In this document: positions 8,509-18,552 of the stretch, piece after piece
How the letters are laid out: every line of letters begins with the position of its first letter
How positions within the stretch are numbered: position 1 is the stretch's first letter
Origin: a virus
DNA: 64,000 nt
IMG/VR virus record: IMGVR_UViG_3300005099_000475
Location: 6,274-70,273 of that record
Direction: 5' to 3' (one strand)
Translations under genes and position numbers: made by a program
The notes under the pieces: model-generated
Told to the model about the DNA's origin: nothing
Seen by the model: only the letters and a program-made list of their open reading frames with translations
Database searches by the model: none

Positions 8509-10443
8509 TTATAAACCATTTTCAATTTTTGTCAAGACCCTAATGCGAAATTCTTCCTTTTTCCCCACGTTAAATCTTTCGATCGGTCTCAAATAACCTA
8601 TCACCCTCGTCATTTTTGTCACCTCGCTTGAGCAATTCGGACAATGATCCCTCAAATCGGGATCCACATAAGCGCCGCAATTGCGACAATAAGAAATTAT
8701 CCTCGTCAAAGTGAAATAAGGGATTCGAGTCGAAGTCATCAATTTGATAAAACTCCAAAATGCCTTCTCATCCATCTCTTCGTTCGAATAAACATGGACG
8801 ACACTTCCGCCATTTGCCACGGGGATCAAAACTTCAGAAATCCTTATCAAATCATAAAGGTTTCCTTGTTTATCCGCAGGAGGAAGAACGGAATTGGAAT
8901 AAAAAGGGGCTTCCTCCCCCGAAGTATAAATATCGGGGAAAAATTTTTTGTCCAACATAGCCAAACGGTAAGAACATCCTTCCGCAGGGACATATTCCAA
9001 ATTCATCAACAAACCTTGTTCTTTTTGAAATTCTTGGATTCTGTCGAATATGTACGAAACAATTCGGTATGCCGGATGGGATTCATCTTCCACATCTAAA
9101 ACCCCGTCTTCAAATCCCAGATTTATAAGACATTCATGAAGACCGACAATTCCAAATGTCAGAAAATAAGTTTCGAAATTTGGACGATCGTAAATATCGG
9201 TCAAGGGAGTCAATCCCATTTTTCTGTATTTTATGATATTTTCTCTTCTTACCAATAAAGCCTTTTTGGCCAATTCCAACATGGAATCAAGAATTTCATA
9301 AAAGTTTTCCCATTTATCTCCTTTCAATTTGTTCGCTACATATCCATAGCGAGGAAGATTCAAAGTGACTACCGACAAACTGCCTGTATTATCGCCCGCT
9401 CCGAATTGCCCTCCAATTTTCATCTGAACTTCGTGAGTGTCATTGAATAACCTACAACAACTGCTTCTGATTTGATTCGGAAGGATTCGTTTATTCTTTG
9501 CCATTACACCGTTGATACAATTTTGGAAATAAAAAAGTCCCAATTCGACGGAAGCACGGGCTATCAAACTTTTTAGTTCTTCCGATATTTCAGAATCAAA
9601 TGATGGGCTAAGAGTTATCGTTACAAGGGGAAAAGTAAACGGTTGACCTTTCCCATCACCTTTCAGCATCACTTCGATAAACTTTCTGTTAAACAAATCG
9701 ACTTCTTTTTGTAGTTCGCCATATTTGTAACTGAGTTGCTTGCCACCAACAACGCAATATTCGTTCTTCAAATCGGAATTTTTCAGCGAAAGCTCAAGCA
9801 TAACATTGGAAAATATCGCCTGACCGCCGGAACGATTCGAATAATTAAGATGAAAAATCAACTCCTGAACACATTGTTCGGTATATCTTTCAATGAATTT
9901 CCAACTCTGTTCCTCGGACAAACCTAACAACTCTTTGTAATACAACCTGTCCTCGCGAATGAAAGGAGCGCAAAGAACGTCAAGACTGTTGACCGCTGTC
10001 GCCCCTGCCACTTCATGGGACAAAATGGTAAAATAATTGATCAACTGATTTATCAACGAAGACAAATGCTTTGCAGGCTTTGCGGCTATTCTCGTGTTCG
10101 GATGCATCCCTTTGGCTATCAATTGTCTCAAACCCACAGCGGCGCAGTATCTAATCATTCCGTGTCCAATCATTCCTAAGTCGTGCAAATGAAACCAACC
10201 GGTTCTGTGGGCAAAACTGATACTTTTAGGTAACTTTTCCAAACCGATTTCGGCAACTGCCAAAGAAGCGAGGTGGTGCCTCAACGCATCATAAGTGTTT
10301 TCGATGTTGCTGTTCTCCCTCGTTCTCCAATCGGAGCCTTCCAAATAAGCTTCAAATTCCTCGAGATTTCTTTTTCTGAACGAGGTCACAGCGTTTCGCT
10401 TATCCTCAGGCGTCAAGGCGAAAAGCTCGGAAAGTCTCATCAT
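8509..10443 (-). CDS. nrdD: anaerobic (class III) ribonucleotide reductase
   Basis: HLHDL, FTFP, SCCRL, YVPAEG, C-terminal CxxC...CxxC and RVIGYL glycyl-radical loop. Confidence 0.95.
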   Translation of the reverse strand: MMRLSELFALTPEDKRNAVTSFRKRNLEEFEAYLEGSDWRTRENSNIENTYDALRHHLASLAVAEIGLEKLPKSISFAHRTGWFHLHDLGMIGHGMIRYCAAVGLRQLIAKGMHPNTRIAAKPAKHLSSLINQLINYFTILSHEVAGATAVNSLDVLCAPFIREDRLYYKELLGLSEEQSWKFIERYTEQCVQELIFHLNYSNRSGGQAIFSNVMLELSLKNSDLKNEYCVVGGKQLSYKYGELQKEVDLFNRKFIEVMLKGDGKGQPFTFPLVTITLSPSFDSEISEELKSLIARASVELGLFYFQNCINGVMAKNKRILPNQIRSSCCRLFNDTHEVQMKIGGQFGAGDNTGSLSVVTLNLPRYGYVANKLKGDKWENFYEILDSMLELAKKALLVRRENIIKYRKMGLTPLTDIYDRPNFETYFLTFGIVGLHECLINLGFEDGVLDVEDESHPAYRIVSYIFDRIQEFQKEQGLLMNLEYVPAEGCSYRLAMLDKKFFPDIYTSGEEAPFYSNSVLPPADKQGNLYDLIRISEVLIPVANGGSVVHVYSNEEMDEKAFWSFIKLMTSTRIPYFTLTRIISYCRNCGAYVDPDLRDHCPNCSSEVTKMTRVIGYLRPIERFNVGKKEEFRIRVLTKIENGL

Positions 10444-10455
10444 TCACCTCCTAAA

Positions 10456-11088
10456 TCAATCATTATCCCTTACATTTAAAGGTTCTAATTTCATACCTTT
10501 CGGACAAAATGGACAATCGGTTTCGATATACTCAGCGAATTCCAACTCGGGAATTTCCCTCTTCATCTCCCTCACTATATCTTCATTAAAGACTGGTTTA
10601 TAAACGATGCATCTTAAAGTATATCTTGGAAATTTCCTTACTATTTTTAAGGACTTTCTAATCTCCTTTAAACAATCTTTTCCAGTCACAAAGTAATAAT
10701 AATCACCAAAGAAAGGAGCTTTGATGTCTAATTGAATATGGACATTGTCCTTAAATCTCAACAATTGTCCCAAAATATTTGGATTAGTTCCATTTGTTTC
10801 TATTTTTACCTTAAAACCATGTTTCGTCAAAAATCCTATAAATTGAACAATGTCAGGTTGAATGGTCGGCTCCCCTCCGGTAATAGCCAAACATTTGGTC
10901 TTCGAATTGATTATTTTACTGACAATTTTATCCAAAGAGGTTTTCATCTCTTCAGGAAGTTCTCCGGTCGCGAGTTTCCAATTAAAACAATAAATGCATC
11001 TCAAATTACATCCGATCGTATATAAAACCAATGATGGTTCGTTTTCCCATTCAATAAATGAATAATCCAAATAGTTAACCACCAACAT
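10456..11088 (-). CDS. nrdG: radical SAM activase of NrdD
   Basis: CNLRCIYC, TGGEPT, ETNGT; adjacent to nrdD. Confidence 0.92.
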   Translation of the reverse strand: MLVVNYLDYSFIEWENEPSLVLYTIGCNLRCIYCFNWKLATGELPEEMKTSLDKIVSKIINSKTKCLAITGGEPTIQPDIVQFIGFLTKHGFKVKIETNGTNPNILGQLLRFKDNVHIQLDIKAPFFGDYYYFVTGKDCLKEIRKSLKIVRKFPRYTLRCIVYKPVFNEDIVREMKREIPELEFAEYIETDCPFCPKGMKLEPLNVRDND

Positions 11089-12934
11089 AAAAATCCTCCA
11101 AAACAGTTTTCCCGTTAGACTTAACCAAGCAGATCCGATTAGCAAACTTTTCGCTAAAATCTTGGGAATGCGAAATCACAAAAATTTGTTTCCCTTTTTC
11201 GGTGAAGTCGAGCAACAAATTAGCAAACAATTCCTGTTTCGTTTTGTCAAGACCTTTCAAAGGTTCGTCAAGAACCAACAAATTGTATTTTTTTCCGACT
11301 TTTAATTGAAGCAAATCCGATGTTGCGAAAGCGCAAGCCAAACGAACCAACTGTTTTTCGCCCGCGCTCAATTCCTTGAAGCTCAAATTGTCAAAAAGCA
11401 ATTCTATTTTTTCCAAATTGGATTTGCTTTTTTCGGTAACAAATCTCAATTCATAAGGAAAATCAAGCCGACTAAGATAGTCGTTTACCAAAAAAGAAAA
11501 ATCGTCCAAAAACTTTTCAAACAATCTAACATGAATGGTTTTGAATCCCGTAGCCCAAAAATCGTAACATTCTTTCGCATCCATCAAAACTTCTTCTTCC
11601 TCTTCAAGTTTGACAACTTTCAATTTGTAACTCCGAATTTTCTTTTCTCTTTCCAAGTTCTGTTTTTCGAATGGATTATCAGCATTTTCATATTCTTCAA
11701 GTTGCTCATTTATCATATCAAGCTGTTTCCGCCACTGTTCCACATTCCAATTCAAATCTTCTACTTTCTTTTTCAACTCTCTTTTCAAAGACTTCAGCGA
11801 AAGACTTTTTTCCAATTCCTTCTCGTATTCTTCCCTTGTTTTCTCCATCCGACCGCCCAAAGAATTTTGTTCTTCTTGCAGCCGCTCAAACTTTCGTTTT
11901 AATTCATCAAATTTGTCGTCCAGTTCTTTCTTAGTTCGCCTTAACGGACCCAAAACCTTCTCGATAACGATATCGTCTACCGGACGCTTACAAGTGATAC
12001 AGTAACCCTCTTTAAACGAATCCATTTCATTCTGAATTCTTTTAATGTTTTCCGCGATGACATTCAAATCGGAGTGAGCCTTTTGCAATTCGGAAGTCAC
12101 TTTATCATATCTTCTTCTATACTCGTCAAGTTTTTTCTTTAAAGAATTAAGGCGGTTCGTCTTGCTTTCTTCTTCTCTTTCGGCAATTCGTTTTTTCAAC
12201 TCGTCCAATTTTTTGGCCTCCAAATCTATCTGAGAAAGAATCATCTTTTTTTGCTCTTTCAAACTTCTAATCCGCTCTGCTCTTTTTTGTTCAAATTCTT
12301 CTATTTTTGGCAACAAATCTATATCTTCTATTTCTTTTAAAGAACCCAAAATGAAAGTTTTGTTTTCCCTTACGGCTTGGAGTTTCCTTTCGGTCTTTTT
12401 GGAATTGTCCGAAGCTTTCTTCGAACCGGACAAAAATACATTCAAACCAAAAAGTTCGGTTAGAGTTTGGATCCTTTCGTAAGGCATTTGATCAACAAAG
12501 GATTCCCAATCCTCGGTAACGAAAACAGATTTGGAAAAATTCTTCGGCGTCATTCCGACGAATTGTTGCAAAAATTTCTGAGCGTCTTTAAATGTGTCAA
12601 AATTTAATGTTTCGCCGTTCAATTGAATCTTCATTTGACGAGGCTCTTTCACCAAATCGCAAATTTTTCCGTCCAAAGAGAATTTTAATTTGATTTTGGG
12701 AGAAAATTTTCCTTCTCTATACAAAGATTCGATTGATGATTTCCAAATAGATTGGTTGAACAACGAATAAAAAATCGCCCCCATCAATGAAGTTTTACCG
12801 CTTCCGTTGGAACAAACATTGGGAACATCAAGATTTTTCCCAGTTATTACATAAACATTTCCCTCATCGGGAAATTCAAGTTCCACTCTCTCTATTGATC
12901 TAAAATTCTCTACACAAAGACTTAAAATCTTCAT
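11075..12934 (-). CDS. SbcC/Rad50-like (gp46) ATPase
   Basis: NFRS, NGSGKTS, coiled coil with CITC zinc hook, LSAGE signature, VLDE, ISH. Confidence 0.93.
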   Translation of the reverse strand: MKILSLCVENFRSIERVELEFPDEGNVYVITGKNLDVPNVCSNGSGKTSLMGAIFYSLFNQSIWKSSIESLYREGKFSPKIKLKFSLDGKICDLVKEPRQMKIQLNGETLNFDTFKDAQKFLQQFVGMTPKNFSKSVFVTEDWESFVDQMPYERIQTLTELFGLNVFLSGSKKASDNSKKTERKLQAVRENKTFILGSLKEIEDIDLLPKIEEFEQKRAERIRSLKEQKKMILSQIDLEAKKLDELKKRIAEREEESKTNRLNSLKKKLDEYRRRYDKVTSELQKAHSDLNVIAENIKRIQNEMDSFKEGYCITCKRPVDDIVIEKVLGPLRRTKKELDDKFDELKRKFERLQEEQNSLGGRMEKTREEYEKELEKSLSLKSLKRELKKKVEDLNWNVEQWRKQLDMINEQLEEYENADNPFEKQNLEREKKIRSYKLKVVKLEEEEEVLMDAKECYDFWATGFKTIHVRLFEKFLDDFSFLVNDYLSRLDFPYELRFVTEKSKSNLEKIELLFDNLSFKELSAGEKQLVRLACAFATSDLLQLKVGKKYNLLVLDEPLKGLDKTKQELFANLLLDFTEKGKQIFVISHSQDFSEKFANRICLVKSNGKTVLEDFYVGG

Positions 12935-13930
12935 CTACAACTCCAATAACTTCTTAGCCGTCCTAAAGTAATATTCTTTTTTGGAAACTCCCATTTCATC
13001 TAAATAATCCTTAAGAATGTTATCAATCTCTTTTACATCAAAGACTTCGAAATTGTTCTGAACCTTTCCCGTTTTCATGTTTTCTACATACTTTACCGAC
13101 AGTGTTTGAACATAATCATAGTTCGAACAAACTTTCTTTATTCTTTCTTTCGAAAAGTTTCTCTTTACCTTAACCAAAAGATGAGTTTTCTCATGCCATC
13201 TCGCTATACGATCAAGATGCAACATTAAATCTTCCTCAGAATCAGCTTCGATGGAAACATATCGAATGAAATCTTTGTATTCAACGAATTCGATTTCAGA
13301 ATTCAAATCTTTCAGTTTGATGATTCCTCTCTTCTTTCTTTTGGAATTCTCGTCCGCGTCTCTGAAATCCCTCGGTAAAGGCATTCCTACGCTAATGAAT
13401 TCACAATTCTTAAAGTAGTTTTTGACGCGAGCAAAAGTATGGTAATGTCCAGCGAAAATTCTATTAAACCCAAAGAAATGTCTCAATTCCAAATCCGTTC
13501 CGTAAGGGAAGATCTCTTTAACGAATTGATGAATAAAGAGATATTTCTTTTTCGGCAACTTCTCCAAAGTTTTAAGAAATTCCGATTCCTCCATAAAAGG
13601 AACGAAAATCCTTTCTTCTTCTATTAAGACATCCTCAACAAACAAGACACCTTCGAATCCGTTCAAGAACCTCAAAGATGGATTATTTCTGTCAACATAA
13701 TCGTGATTTCCCATCAAAACATAAAATCTAACGTTTGTATGCAAATTGCTTACAAAATCTACAAACAAATTCTTTATTTTATTAGGAATTCTGTCCTTCT
13801 TTTCAAATACGTCACCCAAACAAATGAGTTCGGAACAATCATTCACTTGTCGCAAGAGCCAATCCAATAGCTTTTCGTTTTCCTCGAAATTCTTTTCGTC
13901 CAAATGTAGATCCGAGAATATCGCTATCAC
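12935..13930 (-). CDS. SbcD/Mre11-like (gp47) nuclease
   Basis: SDLH, LGDVF, GNHD and GHYH metallophosphoesterase motifs; adjacent to SbcC. Confidence 0.92.
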   Translation of the reverse strand: MIAIFSDLHLDEKNFEENEKLLDWLLRQVNDCSELICLGDVFEKKDRIPNKIKNLFVDFVSNLHTNVRFYVLMGNHDYVDRNNPSLRFLNGFEGVLFVEDVLIEEERIFVPFMEESEFLKTLEKLPKKKYLFIHQFVKEIFPYGTDLELRHFFGFNRIFAGHYHTFARVKNYFKNCEFISVGMPLPRDFRDADENSKRKKRGIIKLKDLNSEIEFVEYKDFIRYVSIEADSEEDLMLHLDRIARWHEKTHLLVKVKRNFSKERIKKVCSNYDYVQTLSVKYVENMKTGKVQNNFEVFDVKEIDNILKDYLDEMGVSKKEYYFRTAKKLLEL

Positions 13931-13974
13931 GACTTAAAACCTCCACTCAAATACTTTAAATTTTTCTTTCTTCT

Positions 13975-15138
13975 TCACTCTGTTGGTGTGTAAATGTTGT
14001 GTTCATCAGTTTTTAACTTTACTGGATCTTCAAGATAAATGTTTGTTTCTCTGTTGAATCCGTGCCTTTCATCAAAATAAATTATCTTCTGAGAAGGAAC
14101 ATTCGATAACATCAGCCTGTTAATGGACAAATCGGTCCCACCAACCATTGTCCCGTTAACGAAGTAAAAATCACCGACATTGATCGGTTGATGGAAATGC
14201 CCAAAAATGGCGTAATGAATAGGCAAGTCGTAAAGGGAACTCAATCTTCTCACAACCCTTTCCAACCCGTAAAAGGGGATTCCGCTCCAACTCTTAACTG
14301 CGTTACCGTGCGCCATGTAAATGTTAAATCTTCCAGCCTTGAAAATCAACGACGGACCTTTGGAAATAAAAACTTTGACATTTTCTTGGTGTTCCAAACT
14401 CAACTTCAAAATCTTGTAAAAGACGTAATCCCAATTGGACTTCGGGTGGGAATATTTATGAACTCTTCCGTGATTACCAAAAACGCAAAAAACTTCCACT
14501 TCTTCGAACAACCGAGCCATGGAAAATACAAACCTTATTTCTTCCCTTATCCCTTCGAATATTTGTTCAACAACTGGTAAATCAATCGAAAACGGCTGAG
14601 ACGGATATACTCCACATTCGTTTTCGATTATGTCCCCCAAATAAAGAATTTTCGCTTTCCGCAATGAAAGAAATTTTCTGTCCTCTTCCCAAAAGGAATA
14701 GATTTTCGCGATCAATCTGTTCAATCTTTTTTTGTATTCGTCGAAATCATATTTCGAAATTCCTTGAACAAAATCGGGATTGACCACCAACCCAATATGC
14801 GAATCGCCTCTAAGGATGAACATCTGCAAATCGGTCTTCGCGACATCGAGCTTAGGAATAGGAACCTTAAAACCTTTAAACTTTTGCCGAACGATTTTTT
14901 CGGCAATTTCGGCAATAATCCGACTTTTCTGTTTTTCCGTTTCCAATCGCTTCTTTAAAGAAGCAAGTTCGGAAATTAAATGTTTACAATCATTTTCCTC
15001 AACTAAACCGAACATTCGAAGGTATTTTCTTACGGTTTTTCTCGTAGTATTCAGTTCCTTAGCTAATGATCTAATCGAACCAACCTTCGAATATTCTTCT
15101 TTCCACCAATTTGGATCTTCTGGAAACTTCTTCGTCAT
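13975..15138 (-). CDS. calcineurin-like metallophosphoesterase with N-terminal HTH
   Basis: GDSHIG, LGDII, GNHG, AHGN and GHFH motifs; SIRSLAKELNTTRKTVRKYL HTH. Confidence 0.8.
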   Translation of the reverse strand: MTKKFPEDPNWWKEEYSKVGSIRSLAKELNTTRKTVRKYLRMFGLVEENDCKHLISELASLKKRLETEKQKSRIIAEIAEKIVRQKFKGFKVPIPKLDVAKTDLQMFILRGDSHIGLVVNPDFVQGISKYDFDEYKKRLNRLIAKIYSFWEEDRKFLSLRKAKILYLGDIIENECGVYPSQPFSIDLPVVEQIFEGIREEIRFVFSMARLFEEVEVFCVFGNHGRVHKYSHPKSNWDYVFYKILKLSLEHQENVKVFISKGPSLIFKAGRFNIYMAHGNAVKSWSGIPFYGLERVVRRLSSLYDLPIHYAIFGHFHQPINVGDFYFVNGTMVGGTDLSINRLMLSNVPSQKIIYFDERHGFNRETNIYLEDPVKLKTDEHNIYTPTE

Positions 15139-15470
15139 TTCAATAAGTCCTCAAGTTCCCCGGCGGTTTTTCGTAAACCTGCCGTAAGCTCCCAATAAAA
15201 CCATCTGTATGCCGTCAAGTTTATTCCTTTTTTCTCGTAAAGGGACACGAGAAATTCGAGTTTCGCCAAATCAATTAAAACGGACAACAATTTTTCATTT
15301 TCAAAATCGCCTCGGATAAAGTAGGATCGTAGGATTTTATGCAAACGGCACAATTCATTGGTGAGTTGCGTTCGTCTCTCGGGCGCCAATTCTTCGGAAA
15401 AAGGGTAACTTTTAATGGCACACACAACATTCGTTCCAACGAGCTTCTGAGTAAACGCTTCGATTTTCAT
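15135..15470 (-). CDS. hypothetical phage protein
   Basis: ORF; start placed at MKIEAF after GAGG. Confidence 0.55.
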   Translation of the reverse strand: MKIEAFTQKLVGTNVVCAIKSYPFSEELAPERRTQLTNELCRLHKILRSYFIRGDFENEKLLSVLIDLAKLEFLVSLYEKKGINLTAYRWFYWELTAGLRKTAGELEDLLK

Positions 15471-15604
15471 TTCGTTCCTCTTGACTTTCGTTTTCTCCAA
15501 AAACATTCGGCGCAAACATAATTGTCAATTTCCTTATCGTAAAAATATGAAGGGGAATCGCAAAAAGCGCAATAACCCCGCCTCGACTCCGAATCGTCAA
15601 TCAA
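15467..15604 (-). CDS. small zinc-finger protein (not in ORF track)
   Basis: TTG start, IDDSESRRGYCAFC...YVCAECFWRKRK; 4-nt overlaps with both neighbours. Confidence 0.5.
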   Translation of the reverse strand: MIDDSESRRGYCAFCDSPSYFYDKEIDNYVCAECFWRKRKSRGTK

Positions 15605-15804
15605 AATGATTTCTTGATTTCTCCCACCTTCGTGAAATTCTCATTCAACACCGAAACTTTCAATTGAAAGTCAAAAAAGGCTCGATCCAAACCGACCCTC
15701 TTGAACTCGTCGTCGATCAAACGATCGACTTTTTCGGCAAGGCCATCGAGAAATTCTTTTTCTTCCCTAAGCAATTGATTTGACATCACCCCAATACCTC
15801 CCAA
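15601..15804 (-). CDS. hypothetical phage protein
   Basis: ORF in operon. Confidence 0.5.
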   Translation of the reverse strand: MGGIGVMSNQLLREEKEFLDGLAEKVDRLIDDEFKRVGLDRAFFDFQLKVSVLNENFTKVGEIKKSF

Positions 15805-18118
15805 TTTTTATTTCCACATTTAAAGGAATCTTTTTCGTCCACTCGAAAGGTATGTCTAACATTGACATTTTCACATCCTCTATTCCTTTTTCAATTTTGT
15901 CGATCTCGCAATAAACGGCTATCTCATCATGCACCATCAGAGGAATCCAGTAACCCATTTTGTAAAGTTTTATCCAGGCCATTTGGGTACAATTCACCGC
16001 GGAAGATTGAATCGGAAAATTGATTATCTCGTTCCAGTTCATCGGACCGTATCTCCTTCTTCCGTCGAGAGATTCAACATAGCCTCGTTTCTCGTAAAGA
16101 GAAAACAACATTTTCTGCCACTGTTTCACTCCTTTATACATATCCAAAAGTTCCTTTCGAAATCTTTCCGCCTTTTCTTGCGGAATTCCCAAATTGAAAG
16201 AAACGGTTTTGGCTCCGGCACCATAAAACACCGGAAAAACGAAGCCGTTCTTCGTTTTGCTTCGCATTTCTTCGGCTTTGTCTTTGCCAAAGATTCTTTC
16301 GGACCATTCCAAATGAATGTCATGCCCATCCCAAATGTGTTTCAATAACAGTTCGTCTTCGGACGCAGCCCCCAAAACCATCACTTCGAGCTGTTTGTAA
16401 TCAGCATCTATTATCAAATGTCCTTCCGGGGCCATTATTAGATTTCTCATTTCCTTGAATTTCCTTTTGGGAAAATTTTGGACATTGGGAGAAGACGACG
16501 ACAACCTCGCGGTCCTCGTTCCCAACAAGTTGTAATTCGTATGGAACTTTCCGTCCGGATAAAGACATTCCTTGCTTCCTTTGACATAAGTGGACAACAT
16601 TTTGTTGATTCTTCTCAACTCCAAAAGCTTTTTACAAATCCAAACTTTGTCGGAAAGTTCCTTCAAAACCTCTTCGTCCAAAGACTTCTGATTTTTCGAA
16701 GTTCTCTTGGGCCAATTGGGAACGTCGAAATATCTTTCGATGAATGCGATAACTTGCTGAGGAGAGTTGATATTAAAAAAATGCTTCGCCGCTTCCCTCA
16801 ACGATTTCGAATCCCCTTTCTCGATTCCGAGCAAAACCTTTACCGAAGAAAGATACGAACTTCCGCACAAATCGACGAATTCCGATTGGAATTCTTTCAC
16901 CTGTTCGTTCTCATAAATCGAATCTATCAATTTTTTGGCTTCGTTCCTCAATTCCATTTCCTTCTTTTCCAAAAAATCTGTATTGACCACAATTCCTTTG
17001 ATTTGCGAATTGACGACTGCGGAAGGCAGTTCGACAAAATAATCATGATAATTCTTCCACAAATTCGAACCTGAATACAGCTTTTCCCAATAGTTGTACA
17101 ACCGCAAAGTGAAAATCGCGTCCTTGGCGTTGTGGACCAAAAGCTCAGACTCCGTAAAGTCCTTCTTTTTCCAATCGACTTTATAATATGGTTCACCTAA
17201 ATAAGCCCACGCAAGAAAATCGAGAGAATGAAATCCATGATTGGTTTTCAAAAAATGCGAAATCATCATCGTGTCCCTGTAATTTCTGACTTCGGAACAT
17301 TCGAAATAAACCTTTGCCCATTCGATTTCGAAAGAAGCGTTGTGAAATATCTTTTCGACGGAAGAATCTTCAAACAATCGCTTTATCTTTCCCTTCACCT
17401 CGGCCAACAAAACGAAAGATTTCGGCATGGGAAAAACCATAACATCTTTCTCATCCAAAGCAATCGCAATCGAAATCACCTTCCCGCCTAAATAAGGTCT
17501 CGTTTCATCTGTCTCCAAATCCAAAGCGATCCGTTTTCCTTTGATATTTAGATTCTCCAAGATTTCTTCTTCCTTCAAAATTTTTATTCTCGGTTTGCTG
17601 TATTTCGGGATTTCTTTCTTAACTAACGCTTTCGCCAACCCGATCGCCCTTCTAAAGAATATATCATAATTTTTGTTTCTCAAAACGAACGCAGGATGAT
17701 AAGCCGGAACTAACCACCTTCCATTGAAAGGAATAAAATATCCTTGGGCTTTCGAAAAATCGTTTCTCTGGGTTAATGCCTTATACGCCGTTTCTCCGCA
17801 AGTGATAATCACTTTAGGACTTCTTAAATTGATATCTTCCAAAACATGATGTTTGCAGACTTCGACCACTTCGTCGGGAATTTCGCTTCTCGGCGGAAAA
17901 TAACAATTGACGGCGTTCCAAAATCTGCAAAATTGAACCATGTCATTCAAACACTTCTTCAAAAGATTGCCGGACGGCCCAACGAACGGTTTTCCTCTTT
18001 TCACTTCTTCGTCCCCGGGGCACATCCCGACGACATAAATCAAAGGCTTTTCCGCTCCTGAAGCCTTTACGATTTTTTTATCGCCAATCGGACAATTCTC
18101 GCATCTTTCGCTTAGCAT
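15767..18118 (-). CDS. family A DNA polymerase with N-terminal family-4 uracil-DNA glycosylase-like domain and 3'-5' exonuclease
   Basis: UDG-like CxxC, GKPFVGPSG, YHPAFVLR; exonuclease DLET, HNASFE; polymerase RLSSSSPNVQN, DYKQLE, FYG, VHDE. Confidence 0.93.
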   Translation of the reverse strand: MLSERCENCPIGDKKIVKASGAEKPLIYVVGMCPGDEEVKRGKPFVGPSGNLLKKCLNDMVQFCRFWNAVNCYFPPRSEIPDEVVEVCKHHVLEDINLRSPKVIITCGETAYKALTQRNDFSKAQGYFIPFNGRWLVPAYHPAFVLRNKNYDIFFRRAIGLAKALVKKEIPKYSKPRIKILKEEEILENLNIKGKRIALDLETDETRPYLGGKVISIAIALDEKDVMVFPMPKSFVLLAEVKGKIKRLFEDSSVEKIFHNASFEIEWAKVYFECSEVRNYRDTMMISHFLKTNHGFHSLDFLAWAYLGEPYYKVDWKKKDFTESELLVHNAKDAIFTLRLYNYWEKLYSGSNLWKNYHDYFVELPSAVVNSQIKGIVVNTDFLEKKEMELRNEAKKLIDSIYENEQVKEFQSEFVDLCGSSYLSSVKVLLGIEKGDSKSLREAAKHFFNINSPQQVIAFIERYFDVPNWPKRTSKNQKSLDEEVLKELSDKVWICKKLLELRRINKMLSTYVKGSKECLYPDGKFHTNYNLLGTRTARLSSSSPNVQNFPKRKFKEMRNLIMAPEGHLIIDADYKQLEVMVLGAASEDELLLKHIWDGHDIHLEWSERIFGKDKAEEMRSKTKNGFVFPVFYGAGAKTVSFNLGIPQEKAERFRKELLDMYKGVKQWQKMLFSLYEKRGYVESLDGRRRYGPMNWNEIINFPIQSSAVNCTQMAWIKLYKMGYWIPLMVHDEIAVYCEIDKIEKGIEDVKMSMLDIPFEWTKKIPLNVEIKIGRYWGDVKSIA

Positions 18119-18293
18119 TAATTTTCTCCCATTTCTTTTTTATGCGCAATTCCTTTCTTCGGCGTTTCTGGGACGGTTTTTCATACCAACGCTTCCTACG
18201 CCATTCCATCAAAATGCCGTCTTTTTTGACTTTCTTCTTAAATTTCTTCAAAGCTTTATCGAAATCCCCATTAACTTTAACTTCTATTCCCAT
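18078..18293 (-). CDS. rpsU: ribosomal protein bS21
   Basis: MGIEVKVNGDFDKALKKFKKKVKKDGILMEWRRKRWYEKPSQKRRRK matches the bS21 pattern (ALxxFK...YEKPS). Confidence 0.9.
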   Translation of the reverse strand: MGIEVKVNGDFDKALKKFKKKVKKDGILMEWRRKRWYEKPSQKRRRKELRIKKKWEKINAKRKMRELSDWR

Positions 18294-18549
18294 AAAATGC
18301 CTCAAACATTTTCTCCGCGAATGTCCTCGATTTTTCTTTCTTGACCAAAAAATTGAAATGCGAACGGAGCAACGCCTCAACTTGATTCAATGGGATGGGA
18401 GTCGGAGCTTTGGTTGCCAAAACGACGAAAGCTTCATTCCGCAAATCCTCATATTCGAATTGAGGCAAATGGGGCAAAAACCGTTTCACAACCTTATCAA
18501 TCACCAATTCAACTCCCGCGTCTTCATGAAACCAAAATGTTTTTTCCAT
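18277..18549 (-). CDS. hypothetical phage protein
   Basis: ORF in operon. Confidence 0.55.
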   Translation of the reverse strand: MEKTFWFHEDAGVELVIDKVVKRFLPHLPQFEYEDLRNEAFVVLATKAPTPIPLNQVEALLRSHFNFLVKKEKSRTFAEKMFEAFYGNRS

Positions 18550-18552
18550 TCT

